A stretch of DNA of 64,000 nt from a bacterium (GCA_963674695.2 CAXXGI010000001.1:480001-544000); one strand, 5' to 3'; shown: positions 31,001 through 40,650, numbered from the stretch's first letter. Notes: generated by a model from the letters alone, not told the origin. Translations and numbers: made by a program.

Positions 31001-34000
31001 GGGCGGTTGAGTGCGTTATAGGTCAAACGCGTCGTGACCCAGAGGTCGCCCTCTTCCACACTCCCGGGCCGGTCGATGCGCACAAGGTTCCCTTCGGCAT
31101 CGTAAGAACGCTTGGTCACCGCTCCGGTCGGATCGACCGTCTCGATCGGATGCCCCATAGCATCGTATTCCTGTTGGAGGACACTCCCGGCCGCGTCGAC
31201 GACCTGGGTCTGATTACCCACGCTGTCATAGGCATAGTGGGTGCGAAGGGAGAGCCCGTCAGGATCGACGAGTTGCGTCTCCGGATATCCGCGGCTATCG
31301 CCCGAGGCATAATAGGCATACGCGGTCACCAGCCCCGTGGGATCGGTTTTGCGCGTCATCTGGCCGTGCTCGTTGTGCGCGAAGAGCAGATGCGCTTCCT
31401 GCGCCTGGCCGTTGCGATCATGCGCGATGGGTTCATCGAGACGAACAAGGCTCGCCTGAATGGAATCGACCTGACCATCGCCGTTGAGATCGCCCTGGCC
31501 GAGAGGGAGATCGGCAAAGATCACCGCCGCCGTATTGGAAGAGATATCCATCGCCGCCCCAAGCTGCGCGAGGCTCGCGCCCTCTTGATACGCATACCAC
31601 CAGGTCTTGGTGACCCCATCGGTCGTCTCGCTCAGCACCTGCATCGCCAGCGGCTCGAAGCGGCGTTCCGTCTCGATCACATCGCCGCCGCGCGCGGCAT
31701 CGGGGACGCGGCGCACGCGCACCGCATTGGCCGCAAAGAGCCGATCGACGGTCGGGTCGCCGCTTTCCATCGCCTGATAGGTCGTCTCCACCCGGTTGCC
31801 CGCGGGGCGCTGTTCGCTCGTCATCTGACCGTTGAGGTCGTAGGTATAGCGGGTGACATAAGCCTCCGGATCGCCGTCGCGCAGGCCGCGGGTGAAGGCA
31901 TGGACCGCCAGGGCGTTTCCCTGACAGTTATATTCGAAGAGGCGTTCGTTTCCATTTCGGTCCGTGAGCCGCGTGCGGGAGGCAACCCGATCCACCTCTT
32001 CCTGCGTCTCACACACCGGCCAGGCCCCCATCATGGTCGACTGGATCGTGAAGGCCTCCTCGCCGAAACGATGCCAAACGACGCGATCGGTAAAGCTGTA
32101 GGCAAACACCGTGAAGGTCTGGCCCAGTGCATCGGTGATCGAGAGCAGGTTGTGGTTGAGCATCTCCTTGTCCTCCGAAAACCCGGAGGAATAGGCATAG
32201 GTCATCGTTGCCCCGCTGGGAGCAGCGGGGGTTGCCGGCTCGCGCGCCTCGATCAGGTTATGCGAGGCATCATAGGCAAACTGCACGCGGCGACCGCTGA
32301 AGTCCTCGACCTCGACGAGGCGCCCATCGGCATAGCGAAACGCGATGGCCCTCCCGAGCGTATCGATGACCCGCGAGAGGCGTTTCTCCGCCCCTTCGCC
32401 CTCGTATTCCAGGGCGATGCGATTGCCGAAACGATCCTCGATGGCGGTGCAGAAACCGTCGGCGCCATAGCGGTGGACGAGCCCCTCGCGGTCGCGGATG
32501 ACAACGCTCCCGTCCGGCTGCACCCGCAGGCGGTCGAAGAACCCGAGCGGGGCTTCAAAATAACCGCCCTCATCATGATACGTGTAGGCATCGTAGCGCG
32601 CGCGGCCATCGAAACGGATATAGCAGGCGGCATATCCTTCGGGCTTTTCCTCCCACTCCACCCCTGCGCAACAGGCATCGAGCGGATGCTCCTCGCAATA
32701 GGCGGCGTCGACCCTGAGCAGACGCTTGTTAAAGCTGTGGTCCCAGTTGTATCCCATGGGTCCGTCGTATTCGATGCGACTGCGATAAGTGCGCACAAAC
32801 TCGAAGTCGATTCCGCGCCCGGGCACCTTGAGCGCCCGCTCGACATGCAACACCTCGCCATTGTGCAACATGATGGGGTCGGTGCGATCGACCACGGTGG
32901 GGTCACCATTTGCAGCACGATCCTGCGAACTCTTGTCTCCCATATCATCCTGTTTCAATAATCCTCCGGCCGTTTCGGATTTCCCCTCATCCCCTACACC
33001 GAGCGCCTCATCGATATCCTTCTCGACCTGGTCGGACAAATCATATCCGGTATCATCAGCCGGGTTATTTTCGGCCCAGTTCCCATCCTCATTCGCCGTC
33101 GTTGCGGGGGCGTCATCGATGGCCGGTCCATTTCCACCGGAGTCATCCCCTTCCAGATCATCATCACCAGAAAAATCCAGCCCCCCAAGACGCCACCACT
33201 CATTTGAATCGCCATCACCGGTCGCACTCAAGCCTATAGAATCATCACGATTCAATTCGTCCAGCAGTGCTTCGTCATCCTCTTCGCCATCATCGCACTC
33301 ACCCTCTTCACAGCGGCGCTCCTCGGCGCCCATGCCGAAGAGGAAGGGATGCTCCAAGGGATTGGGCTGATCGATCGACAGATCGACGCCGACAAACGAC
33401 GGCAAATTGAAGAGGAAACCGGCGATGATCCCCACAAACGGCGAAACCGACATGCTCGGCCCATCCATGAGGCCACCGCCGCCCAGCGAATCGTTGAAAA
33501 AATCGCCCGCACCACCGATGTCGACCGGACCATCCATCCCCCCGCCGCCCATACCGCCACCGATGGGGCCACCGCCGAGGGAAAACCACCCGAAGACATC
33601 CTGCGCCCCGAAGGGATTGTTGCTCAGAAAACTATAGGGGTTGACGCCCTCGCCCGCAGGATCCGGCGAGATAAAGCGCCCGACCGTCGGGTCGTAATAG
33701 CGTCCGCCAAAGTAGAGAAAGCCGGTTTCATCATCGTAGTGTTTCCCCGCAAAACGATAGGCGTTCTGATCGTCAGCAATCGAGAAAAGGACATTTCCAA
33801 ACGGATCGTAGCGATAGCCGCCGGTCACCTTTCCTCGCTCATCGGTCGTGAGCAACGTGGAGCCGGATTCATTGACGTGATAATAGTCGATGCGCTCGCC
33901 ATCGATGGCGGCAAGACGATAGCCGGAGAAATAGATATAATCCCGTTCAACCTCGCCTGCTGCATTCATCCTCGAGAGCGGATCGAGCGATTCCCCATAG

Positions 34001-37000
34001 AGCGCATAGGAGGCAACACCCGAACGAAGCCGCTTTTCCCGGCGCCCGAGGGAATCATAGGCGTACTCGTGAATCGCCTGGACCGCTCCATCCGAATCGA
34101 GCGTCTCCACCTGGATGAGATGCCCCGCATTGTTCCACTGAAAGCGCTGCCCCTGGGTGAGCACACCGTTTCGAAAATGGCGGCGTTGGATAAGCCGACC
34201 GAAGTCGTCATAGTCATAGCGCCAACCCTCACCATCGCTATATTCCGCCCGAAGCAGAAAACCCGTCTGTGGATCATAGGTATACGAGAGCGTCTTGAAC
34301 GCATCGCTGGAGCTGATGCGATTTCCATCCGCATCGTAGGCATAGCGCTGCACTGCATGCGGCTCCGATTCGTTCGCCTTGTAATAGGCCGCTTTCGTCA
34401 GCCGGTCAGCATCATCATAGGCATAGGTCACCCGGGAGCTGTCATGATAGATCGCCTCGATGCGCCGCCCGCGTTGATCGTAGGTGAGTTCCTCATGATA
34501 GTATTCCTCGGCACCCTTTTGGGTGAACACCTCCACCAAGAGATCGCCCACATAGCGATAGATCGTCGCCGTACCATTTCCGTAATCGATGCGCTCCACG
34601 CGCCCACGATCGTCATAGGAAAGAGAGGCAACGATAGGGCCATCGATACGCATGAGTCGTATCTCAGAGACACGCCCCTGGGCATCGGTCATATAATAGA
34701 CTGATCGCCCATCGGCATAAGTGAGTCGATAGGGCTTTCCATTCACATCCTGCACCATGCCGATGCGATAGGTCGTGTCCAACTCATCGATCGTACGCTC
34801 GAAGAAAGCGAGCGAACCGGATGGGGTATAGGTGAAATCCGTCTGCCCAAGGGGATCGTCGATGTTCGTCAGACGCCCCTTTCCGTTTCGCGCGTCCTCT
34901 TCGGCATCATACGCATAGGTCACATCATAGGGAACGCCGCTGCCGCCGAGCGCCACCGCAGCGACATCGTTCCAGACCTGATGATAGTTGAACGACTGGC
35001 GCTGGTCGGTACCATCGAAGACGATGGCCGCAGCTCGGCCGTTCGGAGCCCACTGTTCGACCTGCATCGAAACACCGGTGGAGAGCGAGGCCGAGACCGT
35101 ACGCGAAAGCCCATCGACAACCCAGGTGGAAGCACGCCCTGCCGGCGTCTTCTTTTTGATGCGTCGACCGAGGGCATCATAGGAATAGTCGACGGCCAGA
35201 GGGCCACTGGGAAGCATGCGCTCATCGCGCAGGAGTTTTCCTGCGATATTGAAATAACGATTGCGAAGGTTTACTGCGCCCACATGGGCTGCCTGGCGCA
35301 AGGATGTCGTTTGGGCCCCCTCGGAACCAATATTGACCGCATCATAGGTGAACTGCACCGTCCCGGTATCGGAGCGGGTGATAGCCGAGAGGCGATCATG
35401 AACGTCATAATGATATACTGCGCTGGCTTCGCCCTCTTTAACCCTCTGGATCTTACCTCGATCGTTGTAAGTATATTGGCGATCGACACCGTCGCCGATC
35501 TCGCGAACGATCCTCCCGAAACCATCGAGATGCCGTTGTGTTTCGGTTGTCTGCGCCCGCACCTGGTCAAATCGCGTAACGACGACTTCGGGCTGCAAAA
35601 TTGTCTGCAAACCGGTGTCGTCCTTGCGCGTCATGGAATAGGCATATTCGCGGAAGGATCCGTTCGTCCCATACAGCACACGATGCAAGCGTCCAGCACC
35701 ATCATAATGATAGGACTTCCACGCCCCGTTCGGGTTCTCCTCGCGCCTGAGATGCCCAGAATCATCATATTCGAACAACCAGGACGCCTCGGCGACCGTG
35801 TTCTCTGTCGGAAACAGTCGCTTCTCATCATAGCCGAAAAGAATCGACTCCTGATCGTGCACCCCGCTTCCATCTTCATATGAACGTCTTTTTTCGGTGA
35901 CGTTTCCCTGTGCGTCGTAGCAAAAGGCCGTAACCATGGCATCGCCGCCATCAGATGTACGCACACGAGCGAGCACCGTATTCGAAAGCAGATTGCCACA
36001 GGCATCGGCCCCACCCCAGGCATACTCCGTGCGGCGCTGGTGCTGAATGCCGTTAGCATCGGTAAAGAGGTCAATGCGTTCACCAGGCTGCGTGGAATCC
36101 TCAAATGTAATCTGCACTTCCTCTTCCGTCATCGGTGAGCGATAGGTGAACGTGGTCGCTCCCGGATAGGAAAATTGGGTCTGGCTTCCATCGGGTCGTT
36201 TTATGAGGGTTGGGTGTCGTGAAATCGTCGCCTTATCATAGGTCGAATCGAGGATAAAATTCTGATTTTCGTAGCGAATATTCTGCGTTTTTGGCCCGCG
36301 CACGAACCACTGTTTCCCGTCGTTATCTGTGCGTACACCCCAGGCATAGTCGAACGTCGTTTCACGATACGATGCATTCGACTCCTTATATGGTTCGATA
36401 CGAAACTTCGGACTCCCCCCAACACGGCTGGCAATCTTTTTTAAAACCGGCACATCATTCTTCTGTTCGAAGAGATGCGCCCGCTCAACCCCGCTCGTCT
36501 CGAACGTGATGCTCGCCCGATGGATATCTTGCAGATCCTCCCACGCGGGATCAATGACGACCATGCGTTGCTGAAAAACAGTCTCATCGGATGCATTCGG
36601 CCAGGCCGTGACAAAGACGGTCCGACTCGTCCTCTTCTTCTCATTCGGATCACCTGTTTTCTCATACTGCTCATAGCGCAGAACCGCGTTCGTTGGATAC
36701 TGTGCTTCAAAAAAAGCGCGCATTCCTCCCACATCATCCTTGTTGGGGCCATGGCTGAAGGCCAATGGCGTCTGCACGGGAAGTGAAGAGGATTCCACCT
36801 GATAGGAAAAATGCGTACTCTCGTTCGCTCCGTTTGCATGACGAACGATCTTTCCCTGATCGTTGAGAAAATAACGGTTTATCGGACTAGCCGTTCCCTC
36901 CCCTGAAAATGTCGGTCCGTGGACACTCCAGGCGAGCATATTCTTGCTGATCGATACATTCCTCGAAAGCCCCTCGTCAGCAACTCCAAGATGGTCCTGG

Positions 37001-38199
37001 ATTTCCAGACTGCGGTTGTCATCGGCATATTCATAGGTCCGTTTGTTGCCGAAGGCATCCTGCGTGGAGACGAGGCGATAGGAATCGATACGAAAGAAGG
37101 GGATGTTCCTGGCGTGAACGATTTTTGTCTCTGTGCTCAGAGGGCTATTTTGCCCTGAGAATGCATCTTGACCATCATATCTCGCATCCATGCCATTCAT
37201 GCATGTCCCAGATCCGGCATAGCATGCATCCAGCCTTCTAACGCCGACCGTAAGAAGATATCCTTCCTTCCCCTCAAACGCATATACATTTCCATCTGAC
37301 GACACATATTCAACGCCATCGACGGCATCATCATGCCACTGAACATTCCGTCGTTCACTACAATCAACCGAATAACCCTGAATATCGGGGTCAGCACACT
37401 CCGCATACGGTTGATCCCCGACGGAATCAGACCCATGATAATAACGCATGACGCCATCGCCCTGGGGATGGCCGGAGACGTTCATTCCCTTATGATCGAA
37501 GAGTTCCAGGCGGCCATCGTTGTGAACGAGATAAGCTATGCGTTTCCCCTGGAGCGGTTTTTCGGAATCGTCCTCCTCCTTCGGCGCATAGGGATAGATC
37601 TGCGTCATGATGATGATGCCAGCATATTCCCCCCACCAGAGATACATCCCATCCGATGCACTCGGCTTCCACCGAAGAACATTTTCAGTTGCATTCGTCT
37701 CGTAGGTGAGCACACCCAACGGTGCGAGCGGATCAAGCAGAAGATCGTGTTGAACAGGTTCGGCATCATAGGCCGGAACGTAGTCCTGCGTCGACTGAAT
37801 CGACTCACTGACGGCATGTGCGGCATGGCCATCGAAGGCAATGCGATAGCTATTTTCATGTTCAACACCCAGCGTGCTCAGCTCAACCGTTTCGGTCGCA
37901 TAGGTGTGACCAATGGCAAGATCTCTTGAGAGTCGTCCTGGTATCTGAATATCAGTTTTCGAAATAACGAGACCACCCGAATACATATCGATGCGTTCGC
38001 CGTTGGAGAGCACATCGAATGGTTCTTCGAGAAAAGATTCGGTGCTGCCAAAACCAAAGAGGGGGATATCGACGAAGGGATCGGATGATGCATGAGCAAA
38101 CCACGCGCAGGTCATGGCGATCAGGAGCACAGTGAAATGAAGTCCCGCTTTGCGAATGATGGTTTGCGCGATATGTCGAAAACCAGGGAACATGAGCAC
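28009..38199 (-). CDS. Rhs/YD-repeat protein (3396 aa) with signal peptide, two tandem Rhs cores and a variable C-terminus
   Basis: YD repeats; core 1 GRYYDPTVGRFISPDP..NNPFGAQDVFG; DUF6531-like DPIMLHNGE..GRGIDFEFVRTYRS; core 2 NRMYSSELGRFMQRDP..NPVNRDDPMGL. Confidence 0.92.
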   Translation of the reverse strand: MLMFPGFRHIAQTIIRKAGLHFTVLLIAMTCAWFAHASSDPFVDIPLFGFGSTESFLEEPFDVLSNGERIDMYSGGLVISKTDIQIPGRLSRDLAIGHTYATETVELSTLGVEHENSYRIAFDGHAAHAVSESIQSTQDYVPAYDAEPVQHDLLLDPLAPLGVLTYETNATENVLRWKPSASDGMYLWWGEYAGIIIMTQIYPYAPKEEDDSEKPLQGKRIAYLVHNDGRLELFDHKGMNVSGHPQGDGVMRYYHGSDSVGDQPYAECADPDIQGYSVDCSERRNVQWHDDAVDGVEYVSSDGNVYAFEGKEGYLLTVGVRRLDACYAGSGTCMNGMDARYDGQDAFSGQNSPLSTETKIVHARNIPFFRIDSYRLVSTQDAFGNKRTYEYADDNRSLEIQDHLGVADEGLSRNVSISKNMLAWSVHGPTFSGEGTASPINRYFLNDQGKIVRHANGANESTHFSYQVESSSLPVQTPLAFSHGPNKDDVGGMRAFFEAQYPTNAVLRYEQYEKTGDPNEKKRTSRTVFVTAWPNASDETVFQQRMVVIDPAWEDLQDIHRASITFETSGVERAHLFEQKNDVPVLKKIASRVGGSPKFRIEPYKESNASYRETTFDYAWGVRTDNDGKQWFVRGPKTQNIRYENQNFILDSTYDKATISRHPTLIKRPDGSQTQFSYPGATTFTYRSPMTEEEVQITFEDSTQPGERIDLFTDANGIQHQRRTEYAWGGADACGNLLSNTVLARVRTSDGGDAMVTAFCYDAQGNVTEKRRSYEDGSGVHDQESILFGYDEKRLFPTENTVAEASWLFEYDDSGHLRREENPNGAWKSYHYDGAGRLHRVLYGTNGSFREYAYSMTRKDDTGLQTILQPEVVVTRFDQVRAQTTETQRHLDGFGRIVREIGDGVDRQYTYNDRGKIQRVKEGEASAVYHYDVHDRLSAITRSDTGTVQFTYDAVNIGSEGAQTTSLRQAAHVGAVNLRNRYFNIAGKLLRDERMLPSGPLAVDYSYDALGRRIKKKTPAGRASTWVVDGLSRTVSASLSTGVSMQVEQWAPNGRAAAIVFDGTDQRQSFNYHQVWNDVAAVALGGSGVPYDVTYAYDAEEDARNGKGRLTNIDDPLGQTDFTYTPSGSLAFFERTIDELDTTYRIGMVQDVNGKPYRLTYADGRSVYYMTDAQGRVSEIRLMRIDGPIVASLSYDDRGRVERIDYGNGTATIYRYVGDLLVEVFTQKGAEEYYHEELTYDQRGRRIEAIYHDSSRVTYAYDDADRLTKAAYYKANESEPHAVQRYAYDADGNRISSSDAFKTLSYTYDPQTGFLLRAEYSDGEGWRYDYDDFGRLIQRRHFRNGVLTQGQRFQWNNAGHLIQVETLDSDGAVQAIHEYAYDSLGRREKRLRSGVASYALYGESLDPLSRMNAAGEVERDYIYFSGYRLAAIDGERIDYYHVNESGSTLLTTDERGKVTGGYRYDPFGNVLFSIADDQNAYRFAGKHYDDETGFLYFGGRYYDPTVGRFISPDPAGEGVNPYSFLSNNPFGAQDVFGWFSLGGGPIGGGMGGGGMDGPVDIGGAGDFFNDSLGGGGLMDGPSMSVSPFVGIIAGFLFNLPSFVGVDLSIDQPNPLEHPFLFGMGAEERRCEEGECDDGEEDDEALLDELNRDDSIGLSATGDGDSNEWWRLGGLDFSGDDDLEGDDSGGNGPAIDDAPATTANEDGNWAENNPADDTGYDLSDQVEKDIDEALGVGDEGKSETAGGLLKQDDMGDKSSQDRAANGDPTVVDRTDPIMLHNGEVLHVERALKVPGRGIDFEFVRTYRSRIEYDGPMGYNWDHSFNKRLLRVDAAYCEEHPLDACCAGVEWEEKPEGYAACYIRFDGRARYDAYTYHDEGGYFEAPLGFFDRLRVQPDGSVVIRDREGLVHRYGADGFCTAIEDRFGNRIALEYEGEGAEKRLSRVIDTLGRAIAFRYADGRLVEVEDFSGRRVQFAYDASHNLIEAREPATPAAPSGATMTYAYSSGFSEDKEMLNHNLLSITDALGQTFTVFAYSFTDRVVWHRFGEEAFTIQSTMMGAWPVCETQEEVDRVASRTRLTDRNGNERLFEYNCQGNALAVHAFTRGLRDGDPEAYVTRYTYDLNGQMTSEQRPAGNRVETTYQAMESGDPTVDRLFAANAVRVRRVPDAARGGDVIETERRFEPLAMQVLSETTDGVTKTWWYAYQEGASLAQLGAAMDISSNTAAVIFADLPLGQGDLNGDGQVDSIQASLVRLDEPIAHDRNGQAQEAHLLFAHNEHGQMTRKTDPTGLVTAYAYYASGDSRGYPETQLVDPDGLSLRTHYAYDSVGNQTQVVDAAGSVLQQEYDAMGHPIETVDPTGAVTKRSYDAEGNLVRIDRPGSVEEGDLWVTTRLTYNALNRPVLREGEVSADRFVVTEYRYDGNENRTRVIRPMGNSTLTEYDERDLVLRVRRGFDSPEESVERYRYDANGNKVAMVDGAGARTEYVYDGHDRLVETIDPVGSRTRLTYDAFDRVVREERFGAPEPDSDPETLLAQKERVYDERGRVLIEREYAVANSIAGDSRETTFSYDAASRLIETIDPLGAIATVAYDSAGRVSVERDAVGNEVRTLRDGMGRPTEIAQGEIDEVSGATVERTTRIAYDVAGRMVSREDDMGQTERFAYDGRGNRIWQADAEGRVTLQRFDGLDRPTVEIRQGGVETTTIYNDNGDVVALIDAKGNRTDFAYDALDRRVRTVLPDGAAYAVEYDGASRPVRRVDPRGVEERKSYDGAGHLLARRAWQEGNLLREDAFRYDGLGRMREAESRDGAGLLISHLEEGFDPYGRNDVSLQDGRRVDRAFNAQDRLTSLTTPDGIAVSYTRDAIGRIDTVAEATAGLIAQFDHVGGRRAQARLGNQLTASYAYDAIARPIQKWVEAPGGAHPFDLAAVYDGVGNRLSEIDRHAGDYERRYQYDDLDRLTEATLGSERIAYDLDPLDNITARTRYRDPNDPALTDLTTYTVDALNQYPELSLSIDGGDGVATTLVYDAAGNLIDDGVQRYVYDDRNLLIEVRNHDDDTLIVQYAYDALKRRIAVIHADGRIVEYLYDGWQVVQEYEDGIFVNGYVLDDTIDNPIAMLRDGETFFYQTDFNRNVRMLTDELGQVAERYSYDPYGTVTITDADGIELESSAIGNAYLFSSRRYDEEAGFYYYRNRMYSSELGRFMQRDPIWYDDGMNLYAYVGGNPVNRDDPMGLFMFPIMITPDAFDNPEIYATDTPGYISFDIGHNFEVRFETSVSLGLVNYSSDSTLSYITPSFGAGLDVTVRRKGVEPIASYQIGEGRNFSIGISIGESNEEPVLGGINLSIGPSFGFPHQVALQEKSLYGSTNMNFEDVAVMLMQQSNRSTHVECGQGDDRHPKKGR

Positions 38200-38442
38200 C
38201 CTATCGATTACCTCTGGTCATATCGCATATGACAGAAGTGTAAATGTGACAGATGTCTCTTCAACCCATATTTATCGGCATGTTACACAGAATGTTGCGT
38301 GAGAAACGCCGGATAAGTGTCATTTTGTTCATTTTCTCTATTCGTTGCTCATTTCAAATGACATCAGGGCCATTCTTGAGAATCACTGACGGTGAATTGG
38401 ATAAAAATCCATCCATCATCCCTCTACTGAAGAGGCCCTCAA

Positions 38443-38940
38443 TCATTCAGAGCTCATGAGGTTGAACCGATAGACGACCATGTCGATGGTGGGGGTGATG
38501 TAACCCTGCACACCGCCGACCTTCGTGAAGCCCATGTGTTCATAGAAGCTGCGCGCTTGGGCGAAGGTGTCGTCGGAGTAGGTCTCGACGAAGAGGGCGC
38601 GGTAACCGTTTGTGCGCGCATCGTCGATGGTGTGCTGTATGAGGCGTCGACCGATTCCGGCGCCGTGTAGCGATGGGGCGACGGCAAACCAGCCCAGCCA
38701 GGTGACGTCGGGCGGACCCCAGCTATAGGTGTGCAAGCCCGTCATCCCGATGACGGCGTCGCCCTTGCGACCGACGAAATAGCGATGGCCGTCGTCCTTT
38801 CCGTTGCGCGCGCAGAAGAAGTGAAAGTCGATCGTCTCCTTTGCCCATCGCGCTTCATCCTCGTTCATGGCGTTGGCGATGAGCGACACGGCCGCATCGG
38901 TGTCGCCCTCCGTCATCGGGCTGATCTGCATCTCGTTCAC
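38443..38940 (-). CDS. GNAT family N-acetyltransferase
   Basis: WLGWFAVAPSLHGAGIGRRLI, ARSFYEHMGF; RBS aggaggt. Confidence 0.88.
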   Translation of the reverse strand: MNEMQISPMTEGDTDAAVSLIANAMNEDEARWAKETIDFHFFCARNGKDDGHRYFVGRKGDAVIGMTGLHTYSWGPPDVTWLGWFAVAPSLHGAGIGRRLIQHTIDDARTNGYRALFVETYSDDTFAQARSFYEHMGFTKVGGVQGYITPTIDMVVYRFNLMSSE

Positions 38941-38971
38941 ATGGACCTCCTTGTAGTGTGGCCTTCACTGA

Positions 38972-38987
38972 AGCAATTTCCGTGCCG
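38972..38987 (-). promoter_or_regulatory. Putative sigma54 promoter for the GNAT gene
   Basis: Minus strand CGGCACG-GAAA-TTGCT, about 30 nt upstream of the start. Confidence 0.55.
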
Positions 38988-39132
38988 ATGAGAGCCCACC
39001 GCAGCCATTTCATCAATGCGTTCTATTTCAGTGGGTTAGCAGAAAGCATGCGTGACGCATGCGTCGCGCATTCGAGAACGCGAACACACCCCTGTTCGAC
39101 ATCCCGAAATCTGTCCCAATTTCGACACACCC

Positions 39133-39385
39133 AAAAAGTGGTCGATTTACTACCACCACGAAGGCCGTTCGTGGTGGTCGGTTTGCTACCACTGGGAAGG
39201 AGGTTTGGAGTGGTAGGGAAATGACCAGTTTTGGGCAGGGGTGTTGGGAAGTGGTAAAAGGCGACCACTACGAAGGCCGTTTGTGGTGGTCGGGTTTTGC
39301 CAGTTTTGGGCAGGAGTGGCGAAAAGTGGTAAAAAGCGACCACTACGAAGGCCGTTCGTGGTGGTCGGTGTTGACCAGTTTTTGT
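39133..39385. repeat. Left array of hairpin repeats (core CGACCACYACGAA-GGCCG-TTYGTGGTGGTCG)
   Basis: Cores near 39152, 39262 and 39337, plus a degenerate copy near 39187; 75-bp period between the last two. Confidence 0.85.
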
Positions 39386-39472
39386 AATGGGCGACGAATC
39401 GTTACAAATGCATGATATTGCAGGAAATATCTTCATTTCCCTCGATTTTGGGCAAGAAATATTAACACTTGC

Positions 39473-39502
39473 ACTACAAAGATTTGGACGAATCTTTGTA
39501 GT
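39473..39502. promoter_or_regulatory. Inverted repeat (putative operator) in the ATPase promoter
   Basis: actacaaagatt-tggacg-aatctttgtagt, perfect 12-bp arms, overlapping a TTGCAC hexamer, 17 nt before ATG 39520. Confidence 0.55.
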
Positions 39503-39519
39503 TGTGTTACAAACATTAC

Positions 39520-40647
39520 ATGATTCCGAGAGCATATGACCACCTCGAAAAGTACCTCAAACCACAGCGGGTGCTCGTGATCTATGGACCGCGACGCGTC
39601 GGCAAGACCACCCTGCTGGGCAGCTTTCTCAAGCAAACATCGCTCAAATACCGCCTGGAATCGGGAGACAACATCCGCGTGCAACAGACGCTCGGTTCGC
39701 AGCGATTCGAAGATATCCTGGAATTTGCCCAAGGCTATGACCTGATCGCCATCGACGAAGCGCAACAGATTCCCAACATCGGTATGGGGCTCAAGATCAT
39801 CGTCGATCAGATCCCCGGCATTCGTGTGATTGCCACCGGGTCGTCTTCATTCGATCTCTCCCACCAGGTCGGCGAGCCGCTCACCGGCAGGAAGCAGACG
39901 CTCGAACTCTATCCCATCGCACAGATGGAACTGGCGAAGACCCACAATCCAAATGAATTGAAGGAACGCCTCGAAACGTATCTCGTCTATGGATCCTACC
40001 CAGAGGTGGTCACCGCTTCTTCACAAAAGCAGCGCCGCACCTATCTCCGAGAGATCGCCGATTCGTATCTTATGAAGGATATCCTCGCGCTGGAGAATAT
40101 CCGCAACCCCCGTTCGCTCTTGGATCTGCTCAAACTGCTCGCATTTCAGGTCGGGCAGGAGGTGTCGGTGCATGAACTGGGCACCCAGGTCGGCTTTAAC
40201 GACAGAACCGTGAAACGCTACCTGGATCTGTTGGAGAAAACGTTCGTTATTGTTCGTTCGGGAGGATTCTCTCGAAACCTGCGGAAAGAAGTGACGAGCA
40301 AGTGCAAATACTACTTCGTCGACAACGGCATTCGCAATGCGGTGATCTCACAGTTCAATTCACTCGATTCGCGCAACGACATCGGCGCGCTGTGGGAAAA
40401 CTTCATCTTCATCGAACGCATCAAAAAGCGCGCCTACAGCGACATCTTCGGCGACGCCTATTTCTGGCGGACCTACGATCAGAAGGAGATCGATATCATC
40501 GAAGAGCGCGACGGGAAGCTCTTCGGCTATGAATGCAAATGGTCGGAGCAAAAGAAACCGGCACCACCAAAGGAATGGACCGACGCCTACCCCAACGCCA
40601 CCTACGACGTCATCACCCCCAAGAACTACCTGTCATTTGTGGGCTGA
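39520..40647 (+). CDS. AAA_14/DUF4143 ATP-binding protein with wHTH and C-terminal PD-(D/E)XK-like domain
   Basis: GPRRVGKTT, IDEAQ, ATGSSS, LTGR, YGSYP, KYYFVDNG, GALWEN, EIDII..YECK. Confidence 0.9.
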   Translation: MIPRAYDHLEKYLKPQRVLVIYGPRRVGKTTLLGSFLKQTSLKYRLESGDNIRVQQTLGSQRFEDILEFAQGYDLIAIDEAQQIPNIGMGLKIIVDQIPGIRVIATGSSSFDLSHQVGEPLTGRKQTLELYPIAQMELAKTHNPNELKERLETYLVYGSYPEVVTASSQKQRRTYLREIADSYLMKDILALENIRNPRSLLDLLKLLAFQVGQEVSVHELGTQVGFNDRTVKRYLDLLEKTFVIVRSGGFSRNLRKEVTSKCKYYFVDNGIRNAVISQFNSLDSRNDIGALWENFIFIERIKKRAYSDIFGDAYFWRTYDQKEIDIIEERDGKLFGYECKWSEQKKPAPPKEWTDAYPNATYDVITPKNYLSFVG

Positions 40648-40650
40648 AGC

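Noticed and set aside
29560-32961. Long plus-strand ORFs (29560..32961, 60774..63557, 22348..24198, 2263..3699) and 105..1418 on minus
   Set aside because: Antisense shadows of well-supported genes in GC-rich DNA, with no recognisable motifs
39023-39535. ORFs 39023..39535, 40633..40899 and similar
   Set aside because: They are translations of the hairpin repeats (repeated TAFVVVAFYHF)
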